Source: Labilithrix sp.
GTDB lineage: Bacteria > Myxococcota_A > Polyangia > Polyangiales > Polyangiaceae
Direction: 5' to 3'
Length of the DNA stretch: 64,000 bases
NCBI GenBank assembly: GCA_046351255.1
Contig: JAXLYU010000014.1
Span: 187,730 to 251,729 of the forward strand
Part shown: piece by piece, positions 1 through 11,109 of the stretch
Position numbering within the stretch: position 1 is the first letter of the stretch
Layout of the letters: every line of letters starts with the position of its first letter
Translations under genes and position numbers: made by a program
The notes under the pieces: generated by a model
What the model was told of the DNA's origin: nothing
The model's database searches: none
Seen by the model: only the letters and a program-made list of their open reading frames with translations

Positions 1-134
1 GAAGGCTGAGCTCGACTCGACGAGCCCGCCGGCCATCCACGCCGGCGGGCTCGCTCGCATTTGGGTCCAGAAATTTCGACGGAAGCGCGTGTCTGGGCTC
101 GCCCGCCGCACCCGCCGAGATTATTATTGGACGT

Positions 135-1112
135 ATGAAAAAGAACTTCCGGGCCGCGCTCGTCGTCCTCCTCGCGCTGGGGTCGGGGTGCGCGCGGAAG
201 CCGGGGGTCCCGCCGGGATATCAGGGGATCGTCGAGCTCGACGAGCGCGTGCTCGCCTTCGAGGTACCGGGCCGCGTCGTCGACGTCACCGTTCGTCGCG
301 GCGACCGCGTGAAGGACGGCCAGGTGATCGCGAAGCTCGATGACGCGCTCGAGCGGCTCACACGCGACGCGCGTGCGAGCGAGGCGCAGTCGGCGTCCGC
401 GGATCTGAAGCTGCTCGAGGCGGGGGCGCGCGTGCAGGACGTGGCGGCGCTCCGCGCGGACGTGAGGGCGGCGGACGCGAACCTCGAGCTCGCTCAGAAG
501 ACGGCGGAGCGGGCGCGCGCGCTCCAGGCGTCGGGCGCGGTCGCGCAGGCGGAGCTCGATCGCGCAGAGGCGGACCTCGGACGCGCGACCGAGCAGAAGA
601 AGTCCGTCGCGGAGCGCCTCTCTTCGCTTCGCTCGGGCGCGCGGCCCGAGGAGCTGGCGCGGGCGCGGGCGCGAGCGGACGCGTCGCGGTCGGCGCTCGA
701 GCTCGAGGACGCGCGACTCGCGCGCCACGAGCTGCGCGTGAAGAGCGAGGGGCTCGTGCTCGACGTCGCCATCGAGCCGGGCGAGCTCGCGGCCGTCGGC
801 GCGCCGGCCGTCACCGTCGCCGACGTCACCCATCCCTTCGTGGACGTCTTCGTGCCGGTGGGCGAGCTCACGGGCCTCGTCGTGGGCACGAAGGCGGACG
901 TGCGCGTCGATGCGTTCGCGGACACGACGCCGGGAGAGATCGAGTTCATCTCCCCGAAGACCGAGTTCACGCCACGCTTCCTCTTCAGCGATCGCGAGCG
1001 CCCGAACCTCGTCACGCGCGTGCGTGTCCGGCTCGCCGATCCGCAGCGACGCCTCCACGCCGGGGTCCCTGCCTTCGCCGTGTTCCAGCGTGGAGCCGTG
1101 CCGGGCTCATGA
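135..1112 (+). CDS. HlyD-family periplasmic adaptor (membrane fusion protein) of an efflux system; lipoprotein signal
   Basis: ATG at 135. N-terminus MKKNFRAALVVLLALGSGC has a lipobox. Long Ala/Glu/Arg coiled-coil middle (AERARALQASGAVAQAELDRAEADL) and C-terminal beta domain are typical of HlyD/MFP proteins. The stop overlaps the next gene's ATG (ATGA). Confidence 0.8.
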   Translation: MKKNFRAALVVLLALGSGCARKPGVPPGYQGIVELDERVLAFEVPGRVVDVTVRRGDRVKDGQVIAKLDDALERLTRDARASEAQSASADLKLLEAGARVQDVAALRADVRAADANLELAQKTAERARALQASGAVAQAELDRAEADLGRATEQKKSVAERLSSLRSGARPEELARARARADASRSALELEDARLARHELRVKSEGLVLDVAIEPGELAAVGAPAVTVADVTHPFVDVFVPVGELTGLVVGTKADVRVDAFADTTPGEIEFISPKTEFTPRFLFSDRERPNLVTRVRVRLADPQRRLHAGVPAFAVFQRGAVPGS

Positions 1113-2041
1113 GCGAAGCCATCATCGTCACCGAGCATCTCTCACGCCGCTTCGGCGACCTCGTCGCGGTGAAGGACGTCTCGCTGCGCGTCACGCCGGG
1201 CGAGATCTTCGGCGTGCTCGGCCCCAACGGTGCCGGCAAGTCGACGACCATCCGGATGCTCTGCGGCATCCTCGATCCCACCGGCGGTCGTGGGACCGTC
1301 GTCGGCTTCGATCTCGCGAAGGACGCGGAGCGCATCAAGCAGCGGATCGGATACATGACCCAGCGCTTCAGCCTCTACGAGGACCTGAGCGTGATCGAGA
1401 ACCTGCGCTTCTACGCAGGAATTTACGGCGTCCCGTGGCGCGAGCAGCGCGCGCGAGTCGACCGCGTCCTCGAGCGGACGGGCCTCACCGGACGCCGGAA
1501 GCAGCTCGCGGGCACGCTCTCCGGCGGCTGGAAGCAGCGCGTCGCGCTCGCGTGCGCGACGATCCACGACCCTCCGCTCCTCTTCCTCGACGAGCCGACC
1601 GCGGGCGTCGATCCCGTGAGCCGGCGCGAGTTCTGGGAGCAGATCCACGAGCTCGCCGCGGGCGGCACGACCGCGCTCCTCACGACGCACTACATGGACG
1701 AGGCGGAGCGCTGCCACCGCATCGCGTTCATCTTCCACGGCGAGCTCCTCGACGTGGGCACGCCGGAGGAGATCATCGCGCGCCGCGGGCTTCGCGTGGC
1801 GGAGCTCGTCGTCGACGAGGCGCGGGTCGCGGCGGCGGCGCTCCGCGCCGAGGCGAACGTGGACGAGGTCGCGCACTACGGTCATGTCCTCCGTGTCGCG
1901 GTGAAGTCCGAGGCGCCGGCCGACTTCGCGCGCCGCGTGCTCGCCGCGCGCAGCATCCCCGTGCGCTCCGCGGTCGAGACGCGCGTGACGGTCGAGGACG
2001 CGTTCGTCTCCATGGTGCGAGCGGAGGGCGCCGCGCAATGA
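1109..2041 (+). CDS. ABC transporter ATP-binding protein
   Basis: Walker A GPNGAGKSTT, Q-loop, ABC signature LSGGWKQRV and Walker B LLFLDEPT are all present. The stop overlaps the permease ATG (ATGA at 2038-2041). Confidence 0.9.
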   Translation: MSEAIIVTEHLSRRFGDLVAVKDVSLRVTPGEIFGVLGPNGAGKSTTIRMLCGILDPTGGRGTVVGFDLAKDAERIKQRIGYMTQRFSLYEDLSVIENLRFYAGIYGVPWREQRARVDRVLERTGLTGRRKQLAGTLSGGWKQRVALACATIHDPPLLFLDEPTAGVDPVSRREFWEQIHELAAGGTTALLTTHYMDEAERCHRIAFIFHGELLDVGTPEEIIARRGLRVAELVVDEARVAAAALRAEANVDEVAHYGHVLRVAVKSEAPADFARRVLAARSIPVRSAVETRVTVEDAFVSMVRAEGAAQ

Positions 2042-3171
2042 GCTTCGGCTTTCGCCCGCTCGTGATCGCGCGGAAGGAGCTCCAGCAGCTTCGTCGCGAT
2101 CGCCTCACTCTCGCGATGATGATCGTGCTGCCGATCGTCCAGCTCCTCCTCTTCGGCTACGCCATCAACACGGACGTCCGCCATATCCCGACCGTCGTCT
2201 GGGACCAGAGCCACAGCGCCGCCTCGCGAGACCTGGCACGGAGCCTCGAGGCCACGCGCTTCTACGATCTCGTCGGCGAGGTGAGCTCGTACGACGAGAT
2301 CGAGCGCGCCTTTCGCCGCGGCGAAGCGCGCGTCGCGCTCGTCGTCCCGCCCTCGTATGCCGTCGATCTCGTGCGCGGTCGCCGCGCCCAGGTCGAGCTC
2401 GTGGTCGACGGCTCCGATCCGCAGGTCGTCGGCAGCGCCACGAACACGGCCGCCTCGCTCGTCGCCGCGCGCTCGGGGGAGCTCCTCGCGCGGCGGCTCT
2501 CGCGGCAGAGCGGCGGCACGGACGCCGTGCCGCTCTCTCTCGAGCCGAGCGTCCTCTACAACCCCGACCTCCGTACCGCGGTGTACATCGTGCCGGGCCT
2601 CGTGGGCGTCATCCTCACCATGACGATGGTCATGCTCACGGCGATGGCGATCGCCCGCGAGCGCGAGCGCGGCACCCTGGAGCAGCTGATCGTCTCGCCG
2701 GTCTTGCCCATCGAGCTCGTGGTCGGGAAGATCGTGCCGTACGTCGGGATCGGCTACGTGCAGATGACGCTGATCCTCGCGCTCGGTCGCTTCGTCTTCG
2801 ACGTGCCCATCATGGGCTCGCTTCCGATGCTCTACGGTCTCGCGTTCGTGTTCATCGCCGCGAACCTCGCCATCGGGCTCTTCTTCTCCACCCTCGCCAA
2901 GACCCAGCAGCAGGCGATGCAGATGTCCTTCTTCTTCCTCCTGCCGAACATCTTGCTCAGCGGGTTCATGTTTCCGTTCGAGGCCATGCCGCGCCCGGCG
3001 CAGTGGCTCTCGAGCATCCTGCCGCTCACGCACTTTCTCCGTGTCGTTCGCGGCATCGTGCTGAAGGGCGCCGCCTTCGAGGATCTGCGCGGCGAGCTCG
3101 CGTGGCTCGTCGCGATCGTCGCCGTGCTCGTGCTCTTCTCCTCCCTCCGCTTTCGAAAGAAGCTCGTCTGA
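2038..3171 (+). CDS. ABC-2 family transporter permease
   Basis: Starts MSFGFRPLVIARKELQQLRRDRLTLAMMIVLPIVQLLLFGYAIN, a typical ABC-2 N-terminus, followed by multiple transmembrane segments. The 5' part of track ORF 910..3171 is a frame artefact overlapping the ATPase gene. Confidence 0.85.
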   Translation: MSFGFRPLVIARKELQQLRRDRLTLAMMIVLPIVQLLLFGYAINTDVRHIPTVVWDQSHSAASRDLARSLEATRFYDLVGEVSSYDEIERAFRRGEARVALVVPPSYAVDLVRGRRAQVELVVDGSDPQVVGSATNTAASLVAARSGELLARRLSRQSGGTDAVPLSLEPSVLYNPDLRTAVYIVPGLVGVILTMTMVMLTAMAIARERERGTLEQLIVSPVLPIELVVGKIVPYVGIGYVQMTLILALGRFVFDVPIMGSLPMLYGLAFVFIAANLAIGLFFSTLAKTQQQAMQMSFFFLLPNILLSGFMFPFEAMPRPAQWLSSILPLTHFLRVVRGIVLKGAAFEDLRGELAWLVAIVAVLVLFSSLRFRKKLV

Positions 3172-3842
3172 TGCCTCGCCCCAGGAGCGACATCGATCTC
3201 CGGATCGTCCACGCCGCGCGCGCCGCCTTCCTCGCAGAGGGGGTCGACGGCGCCTCCCTGCGCGCCATCGCGAAGGGGGCGAAGACGAGCGTGGGGATGG
3301 TCTCGTACTACTTCCCCACGAAGGACGATCTCTTCCTCGCCGTGGTGGAGGAGATCTACGCCGCGCTCCTCCGCGAGCTGGACGCGGTCCTCGCCCAGCC
3401 CCTCTCTCTCGCGAAGCGCCTCGAGAAGGTGTCCGTCCGCATCGGCCGCATGACGGACCACGAGCTCGACGTCGTGCGCATCGTGGTTCGCGAGGCCTTG
3501 CTCTCGCAGCAGCGGCTCCGCCGCGTCTTCGAGCGCTTCAAGCGCGGGCACATCCCGATGCTGGTCGGCGCGCTAGGCGCGGCGATCGCCGCCGGCGAGA
3601 TCGATGACTCGATCCCCATCCCGGTGCTCATCGGCGCCACGTTCGGCGCGATCGGCATTCCGCAGGTCATGCTGCGCGCGGTCGGAAGCGAGCTTCCGTT
3701 CCCGGTGCCCACCCCGGAGGCGACCGCGGCCGCCGCGACCAGGATCCTCTTTCGCGGCGCCCGGAAGCGGCGCAGGCGAGGAGATCACTCGCGACCGCGG
3801 AAACCACGAAGAATTTCCGAGCCCCCGTCTCATCAGCGGTAA
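3171..3842 (+). CDS. TetR-family transcriptional regulator
   Basis: ATG at 3171 overlaps the permease stop (TGATG). The N-terminal HTH RIVHAARAAFLAEGVDGASLRAIAKGAKTSVGMVSYYFPTKDDLF is a TetR_N signature. The C-terminal 40 aa are Arg-rich, so the true end is uncertain. Confidence 0.7.
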   Translation: MPRPRSDIDLRIVHAARAAFLAEGVDGASLRAIAKGAKTSVGMVSYYFPTKDDLFLAVVEEIYAALLRELDAVLAQPLSLAKRLEKVSVRIGRMTDHELDVVRIVVREALLSQQRLRRVFERFKRGHIPMLVGALGAAIAAGEIDDSIPIPVLIGATFGAIGIPQVMLRAVGSELPFPVPTPEATAAAATRILFRGARKRRRRGDHSRPRKPRRISEPPSHQR

Positions 3843-3936
3843 CACGCCTCCACCGCGAGCATCTTGGAGCGGCTGGTCGCTCCGGCGACCACGTGCAATA
3901 CGTGCGCTCGCCGCGCGCGGTCGATACGATCGACGA

Positions 3937-4998
<1,062 letters not shown>

Positions 4999-5047
4999 AC
5001 CGGAACGAAGAGGGGGCGAGGCCAGAGGAGCCCGCACGGCTCGGACG

Positions 5048-6103
5048 TCAGGGTGGGGGCGGGCAGGCCGTCGTGGCGTTGATCCAGCGGTCGACGAGGT
5101 CGGTGCCGATCGGATCGACGATGGCCGTGCCGAGCGCGGGCATTCGCTTGTAGTCGAGCGCGTGCATGCGCTGCGAGATCACCGACGTGGCGCTGGAGCC
5201 CGGCGCGAAGAGCACCGCGTTCGGACCCGTGTGCGATTCCGCGTTGCAGATGCCCATCGCCGCGAACGGGGTCGAGAAGCGGAAGTACGCCGTGCCGTAT
5301 CCGGGACCGCCGGGCCGGTGGCAGTGCGCGCAGTTGCCGTGCAGATACGAGCGCGCGCGATCCTCGAGCGACGCCGCAGGATCGTCGTAGCGCGGGAGGC
5401 GCTGGAGCGAGGTCACGGGCGGGAGGGGCGCGTCGAGGTAGCCGGCCGCGGAGAGCGTCTCGAGCTGGTTCTCGGGCCGCGTGCCGATGGGACCATTCAG
5501 CTGCGCGAGCTCCGGTCCGATCGTGAAGGCCGCGTTCGCGTTGTGGCAGCGGAAGCAGTCGCGCCGCGCGGGGAACGACCAGGTCGTGGTGCCGACCGTC
5601 TTCTGCTTGCTTCCCTCGAGGAGGGTCGCGTCGGTCTGTGCGTCGTTCCATTCGTACGAGTAGCCGCCCCACGTTCCGCTCGCGTAGCGGAAGAAGACGC
5701 GCGTCTCGACGAGGCGACCGTCGAGGATGAACGACTTGAAGAGGACCGTCCCGTTCGGAAACGTGAAGTGACCGTCGGGCTCCACGTGAATGGAGGTGCC
5801 GTCCGGGATCGCGAAGTAGCGCGGCTTGCCCGCGCCGTCGGACCAGAGTGCGGCCGCCGGCTCGTACTCGACGACGCCCTTCGCCATGACGTGGGGGTCG
5901 TTGGTCTCGAAGCAGCCGAGCTGCGAGAGCAGCGCGGGCGCGCCTTCCGCCGGCGCCACGCAGCGCGCGTTCGACGGGCGGGACGTGATGGCCGCGTCCG
6001 TCTGCGGCGGGGTCTCCGTCTCCGAGCACGCCGCGACGAGGGCGAGGGTCAACGACGCCGCAAGGACCAGTCGGGTGTGCTTCACGAGCCGAGCCGGAGG
6101 CAA
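5048..6103 (-). CDS. Lipoprotein with two CxxCH haem-binding motifs (putative c-type cytochrome-like protein)
   Basis: N-terminus PPARLVKHTRLVLAASLTLALVAAC has a lipobox. The apparent start is TTG at 6103; no in-frame ATG lies nearby. Motifs CFRCH and CAHCH are present. I cannot name the family without a search. Confidence 0.55.
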   Translation of the reverse strand: MPPARLVKHTRLVLAASLTLALVAACSETETPPQTDAAITSRPSNARCVAPAEGAPALLSQLGCFETNDPHVMAKGVVEYEPAAALWSDGAGKPRYFAIPDGTSIHVEPDGHFTFPNGTVLFKSFILDGRLVETRVFFRYASGTWGGYSYEWNDAQTDATLLEGSKQKTVGTTTWSFPARRDCFRCHNANAAFTIGPELAQLNGPIGTRPENQLETLSAAGYLDAPLPPVTSLQRLPRYDDPAASLEDRARSYLHGNCAHCHRPGGPGYGTAYFRFSTPFAAMGICNAESHTGPNAVLFAPGSSATSVISQRMHALDYKRMPALGTAIVDPIGTDLVDRWINATTACPPPP

Positions 6104-6181
6104 TGCATGTACCGCCTCGTTAAATCCGAGGTGGTGCGCCCGGCAGAGGCGCAGGCTCTGCGTCGTTCGGCAGGCTTTGCG

Positions 6182-6589
6182 TCAGGCGGCGCCCAGGACT
6201 GTGGGCGAGAGCGAGGTCTCCTCCTGGGCCATGTCTTCCCGGAGGGCGGCGACGATGTCGTTCGCGCGGGCGCGGAGCTCGGCCTCGGTGCCGGCGTCGC
6301 GCTCGGCGTCCTCGATGAGCTCGCGCAGCACGCGTCGCTGCTCGTTGTGCTCGAGGATCATCGCATTCGCGCGCTCGGGCGTCGGCCCGGCACGAAGCAG
6401 CGGCGCGATCCGCATCTCCTCCATGTCGAGATGTCCGTTGAACGTGAGGTAAAGGTCCCAGAGCGCGGCCCGCAGCTCGCGCGCGTCACGTGTGAGGGCG
6501 AGCGCGTCGAAGAGCGTGCGGAGGAGGGCGTGGTCGCGGTGCACGCGCTCGATGAGCGGCGCGGCGGGGGTCTGGCATCCGGTGGTCAT
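6182..6589 (-). CDS. Hemerythrin HHE cation-binding domain protein
   Basis: ATG at 6589 (MTTGCQTPAAPLIERVHRDHALL...) gives 136 aa. The H...HxxxE spacing (HRDH..., HLDMEE, LEHNEQ) is characteristic of hemerythrin-like domains. The rest of track ORF 6182..7690 is upstream extension. Confidence 0.65.
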   Translation of the reverse strand: MTTGCQTPAAPLIERVHRDHALLRTLFDALALTRDARELRAALWDLYLTFNGHLDMEEMRIAPLLRAGPTPERANAMILEHNEQRRVLRELIEDAERDAGTEAELRARANDIVAALREDMAQEETSLSPTVLGAA

Positions 6590-6670
6590 CACGGGGCTCC
6601 GGCGTCCGGCCGAGCAAGAAGCGGCCCAGACGCAAGGCTTGCGCCTTCGTGGGCGAGGGAGCCTCGTGCG

Positions 6671-7741
6671 ATGATGCGGCCGCCGGTGCCCCCGCATTCC
6701 GATCATCTCGACCGCGCGCGCTTCCCGTCCTTCGACGGCCTCCGCGCGCTCGCGATCTTGCCGGTCGTTCTTCATCACTCCACGTCGGGGCCGATGCCGG
6801 GGATCCTCGGGCGCGGGCCGCTCGGGGTGGACCTCTTCTTCGCGCTGAGCGGCTTCCTCATCACGAACCTTCTTCTCCGCGAGAAGGAGACGACAGGCGC
6901 CGTCCGGCTCGGCGCGTTCTGGGCCCGGCGTGCGCTCCGGATCATGCCGCTCTACTACGGCGTCCTCGCCGTCTTCGCGCTGCACGCCGTCTTCCTCCGC
7001 GAGCCCGGGCCGGTGCGTGACCACTTCCTTCACAGCCTGCCGGTCCATCTCACCTACACGTCGAACTTCCTCCTCGATACGAACGTCCCCCACGCGATCG
7101 TCTTCGGCTTCGGGTGGTCGCTCGCGACGGAGGAGCAGTTCTACGCGTTGTGGCCGCTCGTGCTCGGCTTCGCGCGGCGCACGCGCGCGGCGGCGGCGGG
7201 CTTCATGATCGTCCTTCTCGTGGTCGACCAGCTCACGGAGCGCGGCTTCCTCGACGCCTTCGTGAGCGGCGTGCCGTTCCGCGTGCTCCGCAGCATCTCC
7301 ACGCCGATCGTCCTCGGCTCGCTCCTCGCGCTCGCCCTGCGGGTCCGCGCCGGCTACGCGCTCTTCGCGCTCGTCCTCGCGCGCCGCTGCTCCTCGCTCG
7401 TTGCCTTCGCGGTGGTCGCCTATCTCGCGTGGAGCGGCGGCTCTCTCTTGCTCGCCCACGTCGCGATGGTCGGGCTCGTCGGCGCGTGCGCGCTTCGCCC
7501 CGACCACCTGCTCGCGCCGATCCTCGAGCACCCGATCGCGCGCTTCATCGGCGACCGCAGCTATGGCCTGTATCTCCTGAACATCGTCGCCACCGTGCTC
7601 GTGAAGCGGCACCTCGGAGAGGACGCTCCGCTCGCGCTGATCTTCGCGCTCGCGCTGGGGCTGTCGCTCCTCATGGCGCACGTCGCGCACGTGCTCGTGG
7701 AGCGTCCGCTCATGGCCGCGCGCGCGAGGCTCCGGCGATGA
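6671..7741 (+). CDS. Acyltransferase family 3 (OafA/OpgC-like) membrane protein
   Basis: ATGATG at 6671 (MMRPPVPP). The N-terminal motif FDGLRALAILPVVLHH, about 10 transmembrane segments and RSYGLYLLN near the C-terminus match Acyl_transf_3. This is the only real part of the 1026-aa track ORF. Confidence 0.8.
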   Translation: MMRPPVPPHSDHLDRARFPSFDGLRALAILPVVLHHSTSGPMPGILGRGPLGVDLFFALSGFLITNLLLREKETTGAVRLGAFWARRALRIMPLYYGVLAVFALHAVFLREPGPVRDHFLHSLPVHLTYTSNFLLDTNVPHAIVFGFGWSLATEEQFYALWPLVLGFARRTRAAAAGFMIVLLVVDQLTERGFLDAFVSGVPFRVLRSISTPIVLGSLLALALRVRAGYALFALVLARRCSSLVAFAVVAYLAWSGGSLLLAHVAMVGLVGACALRPDHLLAPILEHPIARFIGDRSYGLYLLNIVATVLVKRHLGEDAPLALIFALALGLSLLMAHVAHVLVERPLMAARARLRR

Positions 7742-9291
7742 TGGACCTCGTGATCCGAGGGGGGAGGCTCGTCGACGGCACGGGCTCGCCGCCGCGGCGC
7801 GCCGACGTGGGCGTCCGCGGCGACCGCATCGTGGCGGTCGGGGACCTCGAGGCCTCCACCGCGCATCGCATCATCGATGCGCGCGATCGCGTCGTGACGC
7901 CCGGCTTCATCGACATCCAGAGCCAGTCGGTGTTCACGCTGCTCGCGGACGGGCGCGCCGAGAGCCACGTGAGGCAAGGCGTGACGACGGAGATCGTCGG
8001 GGAGGGAGGCTCGCCCGGTCAGCTCACGCCGAAGATCCTCGCGCAGGATCCGCGCTACCGCGAGTGGCTCGCCGCGCTCGGGCTCGAGCTCGACTGGACG
8101 GGGTTCGACGGATGGTTCGCGCGCCTCGCGGAGCGTGGGACGAGCGTGAACGTCGGCGCGTTCGCCTCCGTCGATCTGCTGCGCGCGGAGGCGGTCGGCC
8201 TCGCCGAGCGTGCGCCCTCCGCCGAGGAGCTCTCGCAGATGCGCGCGCTCCTCGACGCGGCGATGCGCGAGGGCGTCTTCGGCCTCGCGACGGCGCTCGC
8301 GTATCCGCCTGCCTCGTACACGACGACGGACGAGCTGGTGGCCCTCGCGGAGGTCGCGGCCGCGCACGGCGGACGCTACGCCTCGCACGTCCGGAGCGAG
8401 AGCGGGCAGGTGAGGGAGGCGATCGACGAGGCGATCGCGATCGGCGAGCGGGCGAGGTTGCCGGTCCTCGTCTACCACCTCAAGATCGCGGGGCGCGAGA
8501 GCTGGGGCGGCATGACCGAGCTCGGGGCGCAGATCGAACGCGCTCGCGCGCGGGGCGTCGCGATCTCCGCATGTCAGTATCCCTATGCCGCCGCGGGGGC
8601 CGGGGTGCTCGCGCCGATCCCGTCGTGGGCGCACGACGGCGGGCCGTCCGCGCTGATCGATCGGCTGCGCGACCCGCCGCTGCGCGCCCGCATTCGCGCG
8701 GAGATGGAGTCACGCGACATCTTCCTCGGTCGCGTCGACTTCGAAGGCCTCCGTGCCGGCGAGCACACCATCGCGGAGCGGGCGCGCGCGCGCGGCGAGG
8801 ATCCGTTCGACACGTACTTCGATCTCGTGATCGAGCACCGCACGAACCTGTTCGTCATCTACCACGCGATGAGCGAGGACGACGTGCGCACCGCGATGCG
8901 GTTTCCCTGGGTGAGCGTGGCATCGGACGCGGAGGCCACGTCTCCTGCGCAGGGGCTGACGGTGCATCCGCGGGCCTATGGCACCTTCCCGCGCGTGCTC
9001 GGCCGCTACGTGCGCGAAGACCACGTACTCTCGCTGGAGGAAGCGGTACGCAAGATGACCTCGCTGCCGGCGTCGCAGCTCGGCCTCACGGATCGCGGGA
9101 TCGTGCGAGAAGAGTCCTTCGCGGATCTGGTGGTCTTCGATCCCGCGCGCGTGATCGATCGCGCGACGTTCGACGCGCCGCACGCCTATCCACTAGGGAT
9201 CGAGCACGTGGTCGTGAACGGCGTCGTCACCGTCGAGAGCGGCGAGCACACGGGCGCTCGCGCGGGTCGTGCGGTCTTGCGTTCGAGCTGA
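7738..9291 (+). CDS. N-acyl-D-amino-acid deacylase (D-aminoacylase) family amidohydrolase
   Basis: ATG at 7738 overlaps the previous stop. MMDLVIRGGRLVDGTG...RGDRIVAVGDL...VTPGFIDIQSQS is the D-aminoacylase N-terminal signature, and length and metal-binding residues are consistent. Confidence 0.8.
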   Translation: MMDLVIRGGRLVDGTGSPPRRADVGVRGDRIVAVGDLEASTAHRIIDARDRVVTPGFIDIQSQSVFTLLADGRAESHVRQGVTTEIVGEGGSPGQLTPKILAQDPRYREWLAALGLELDWTGFDGWFARLAERGTSVNVGAFASVDLLRAEAVGLAERAPSAEELSQMRALLDAAMREGVFGLATALAYPPASYTTTDELVALAEVAAAHGGRYASHVRSESGQVREAIDEAIAIGERARLPVLVYHLKIAGRESWGGMTELGAQIERARARGVAISACQYPYAAAGAGVLAPIPSWAHDGGPSALIDRLRDPPLRARIRAEMESRDIFLGRVDFEGLRAGEHTIAERARARGEDPFDTYFDLVIEHRTNLFVIYHAMSEDDVRTAMRFPWVSVASDAEATSPAQGLTVHPRAYGTFPRVLGRYVREDHVLSLEEAVRKMTSLPASQLGLTDRGIVREESFADLVVFDPARVIDRATFDAPHAYPLGIEHVVVNGVVTVESGEHTGARAGRAVLRSS

Positions 9292-9298
9292 ACGCCGC

Positions 9299-9958
9299 TC
9301 AGTCGCCTTTACCGCCGCACGTGGCGAAGGTCCGAGGGAGGCGCCACTCGCGAATGTTCTCGCTCGAGCAGGGCTGGGCCGCGCTGCAACCCGTCGTCGC
9401 CGCGCTGGGATCGCAGAGCTGCGCCTGCTCGCCGGTGCACGACGCCGCGCATTGCGCCACCACGCCGGTGTCCGTCTTGTTCACGCAGCACACGGTCCCC
9501 GGTCCGCAGTTCGCCTGGGCGGTGCACTTCAGGGTGACGCCGTTCTCGTTCTGCTGTCCGCCGCCGGGTGTGGGGCAGGTCGTTCCCGTGACACACGAGG
9601 AGGTCGCGGCCTGGCCGCCGCCCGCGCCGTTGCCACCCGCGTTGGTCACACAACAAACCTGGGTGGCGAGAGAGCACGAGGCGGTCCCGCAGGGGATGGC
9701 CGTCGTGTCGCCGCCCGGCCCGGTTCCGCCGTCCCCGCTGCTCGTCGTCCCGCCACCGTCGGTAGACGAGCCACTCGATCCGCTCGAGCTGGAGGTGCTC
9801 CCGCCGTCGTTCCCGCCCTGATTTGCCGTGCCCCCATCCCCTCCGCCGTCGGCGTTGGTGAAGAGATCGATCCCGGACGAGCCGCCACATGCAGTGGCGG
9901 AGAGGAGGGTGGCAACGGCACAAGCCAGGGCAAGGCGAGAGGCGCTCATCGACTTCAT
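9299..9958 (-). CDS. Cysteine-rich secreted lipoprotein
   Basis: ATG at 9958 (MKSMSASRLALACAVATLLSATACGG) has a lipobox, then a Gly/Ser-rich linker. The C-terminal 110 aa carry about 16 Cys, including two VCCV motifs. The upstream 66 aa of the track ORF are extension. Confidence 0.6.
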   Translation of the reverse strand: MKSMSASRLALACAVATLLSATACGGSSGIDLFTNADGGGDGGTANQGGNDGGSTSSSSGSSGSSTDGGGTTSSGDGGTGPGGDTTAIPCGTASCSLATQVCCVTNAGGNGAGGGQAATSSCVTGTTCPTPGGGQQNENGVTLKCTAQANCGPGTVCCVNKTDTGVVAQCAASCTGEQAQLCDPSAATTGCSAAQPCSSENIREWRLPRTFATCGGKGD

Positions 9959-10021
9959 GCTCGCGTATAGTGCCGGCGGCATTCGCGCCCCAGGCACGCG
10001 GCGCGTCGATTTCTCCCACCT

Positions 10022-10957
10022 ATGGCCTCTCCGCTCATCGTCGTCGTCGTCGTGGCCCTCGCGGACTCGAGCGATGAAGCGAGCCGCGCCATGACGCGCA
10101 CGGTACAGGACGCCCTCGCGGAGACGGCGCTGGTCGTGGTGCGCGAAGAGGCGCATCCCGACGACAACGCGCTACTCACCAAGCTCGGTGATACCATGCA
10201 CGCCAGTGCCGTGGTGGCCGTGCATTGGAGCGACGACGGCCACGCGCAGGTACGGGTTTACCGCATGGCGCTGCATGCGTGGGCGGCGCGGGACGTCGCG
10301 TTCGGGGCCGACGATCCGCCGGCCGAGCGAGGGCGCTCCCTCGGCTACGGAATCGCGAGCATGGTCCGCGCCGGGGTCGAGGAAGACCATCCGGCGGAGC
10401 CGAAGCCGACGCCTGCGCCCCCGGCGGAGCCGTCCGCGCCGCCGCCGCCGTCCCTTCCGCGCTGGGACGTCGAGCTTGCAGGGCAGGGCGCGGCCGCCTC
10501 CTCGACGACGAGCGCGGGCGCGTCGCTCGGGGCTGGATTCCGCGTCGTGGATCCGCTCCTCGGCCGCGACCGACTCGTCGTTCGCGCCAGCTTCGCCGGG
10601 CGAGGCGGGTCGATCGACTCCGCGGCCGCCTCCTCTCTCTATCTCCGCGCCACCGTCGGCGCGGCGTGGGCGTTCGCGTTCCAGCGGTTCACCGTCGGAC
10701 CGCGCATCGAGGCCGGCACGATCCGGCAGGGCGCGTCTCGCTCCGACACCGACGCCACCGGCGCTCGCTGGTCGGGCGTCTTCGACGTCCGCGCCGAGGC
10801 CACGGCGGCGCTCATCCCGCGCCTCTCGGTCGTCCTCGGCGTGGGCGCGGAGGTCGCGCTGGAGCGTGTTCCGATCCGGGTCGATCGAACCCAGGTGACC
10901 ACCCTCGCGCCGGTGCGCGGCCTCGGAATGGCTGGTCTGCGCCTCTTTCTCGACTGA
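10022..10957 (+). CDS. Hypothetical protein (possibly first gene of the ECF sigma operon)
   Basis: Codon usage is GC3-rich and the composition is protein-like with a Pro-rich linker. No recognisable motifs. The competing frame 10188..10898 is Arg-rich and rejected. Confidence 0.4.
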   Translation: MASPLIVVVVVALADSSDEASRAMTRTVQDALAETALVVVREEAHPDDNALLTKLGDTMHASAVVAVHWSDDGHAQVRVYRMALHAWAARDVAFGADDPPAERGRSLGYGIASMVRAGVEEDHPAEPKPTPAPPAEPSAPPPPSLPRWDVELAGQGAAASSTTSAGASLGAGFRVVDPLLGRDRLVVRASFAGRGGSIDSAAASSLYLRATVGAAWAFAFQRFTVGPRIEAGTIRQGASRSDTDATGARWSGVFDVRAEATAALIPRLSVVLGVGAEVALERVPIRVDRTQVTTLAPVRGLGMAGLRLFLD

Positions 10958-11109
10958 ACCTGCCTGCTAGGCGACCCGGAGAGATACTGTTCTGCATGGC
11001 GCGACTTCTGCCCGACCCCGAGCTGGACCGCGTCCATGCCGGCGGCACGGCGCAGCCGCCGGCCTCGAGACTCGAAGCCGAGCGACCGATCGATAGCTCG
11101 ACCGGGACG

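Noticed and set aside
910-2037. 5' extension of ORF 910..3171
   Set aside because: Arg/Ser-rich and overlaps the ABC ATPase gene in another frame. The permease begins at ATG 2038, coupled to the ATPase stop.
1142-3033. 298-aa and 383-aa minus-strand ORFs
   Set aside because: Antisense to the ABC ATPase and permease genes. They are Arg/Asp/Glu-rich.
10225-10995. 5' portion of the ECF sigma track ORF
   Set aside because: Arg/Gly-rich with no sigma region 1. The sigma factor starts at 11110 (or 10996) in the same frame.
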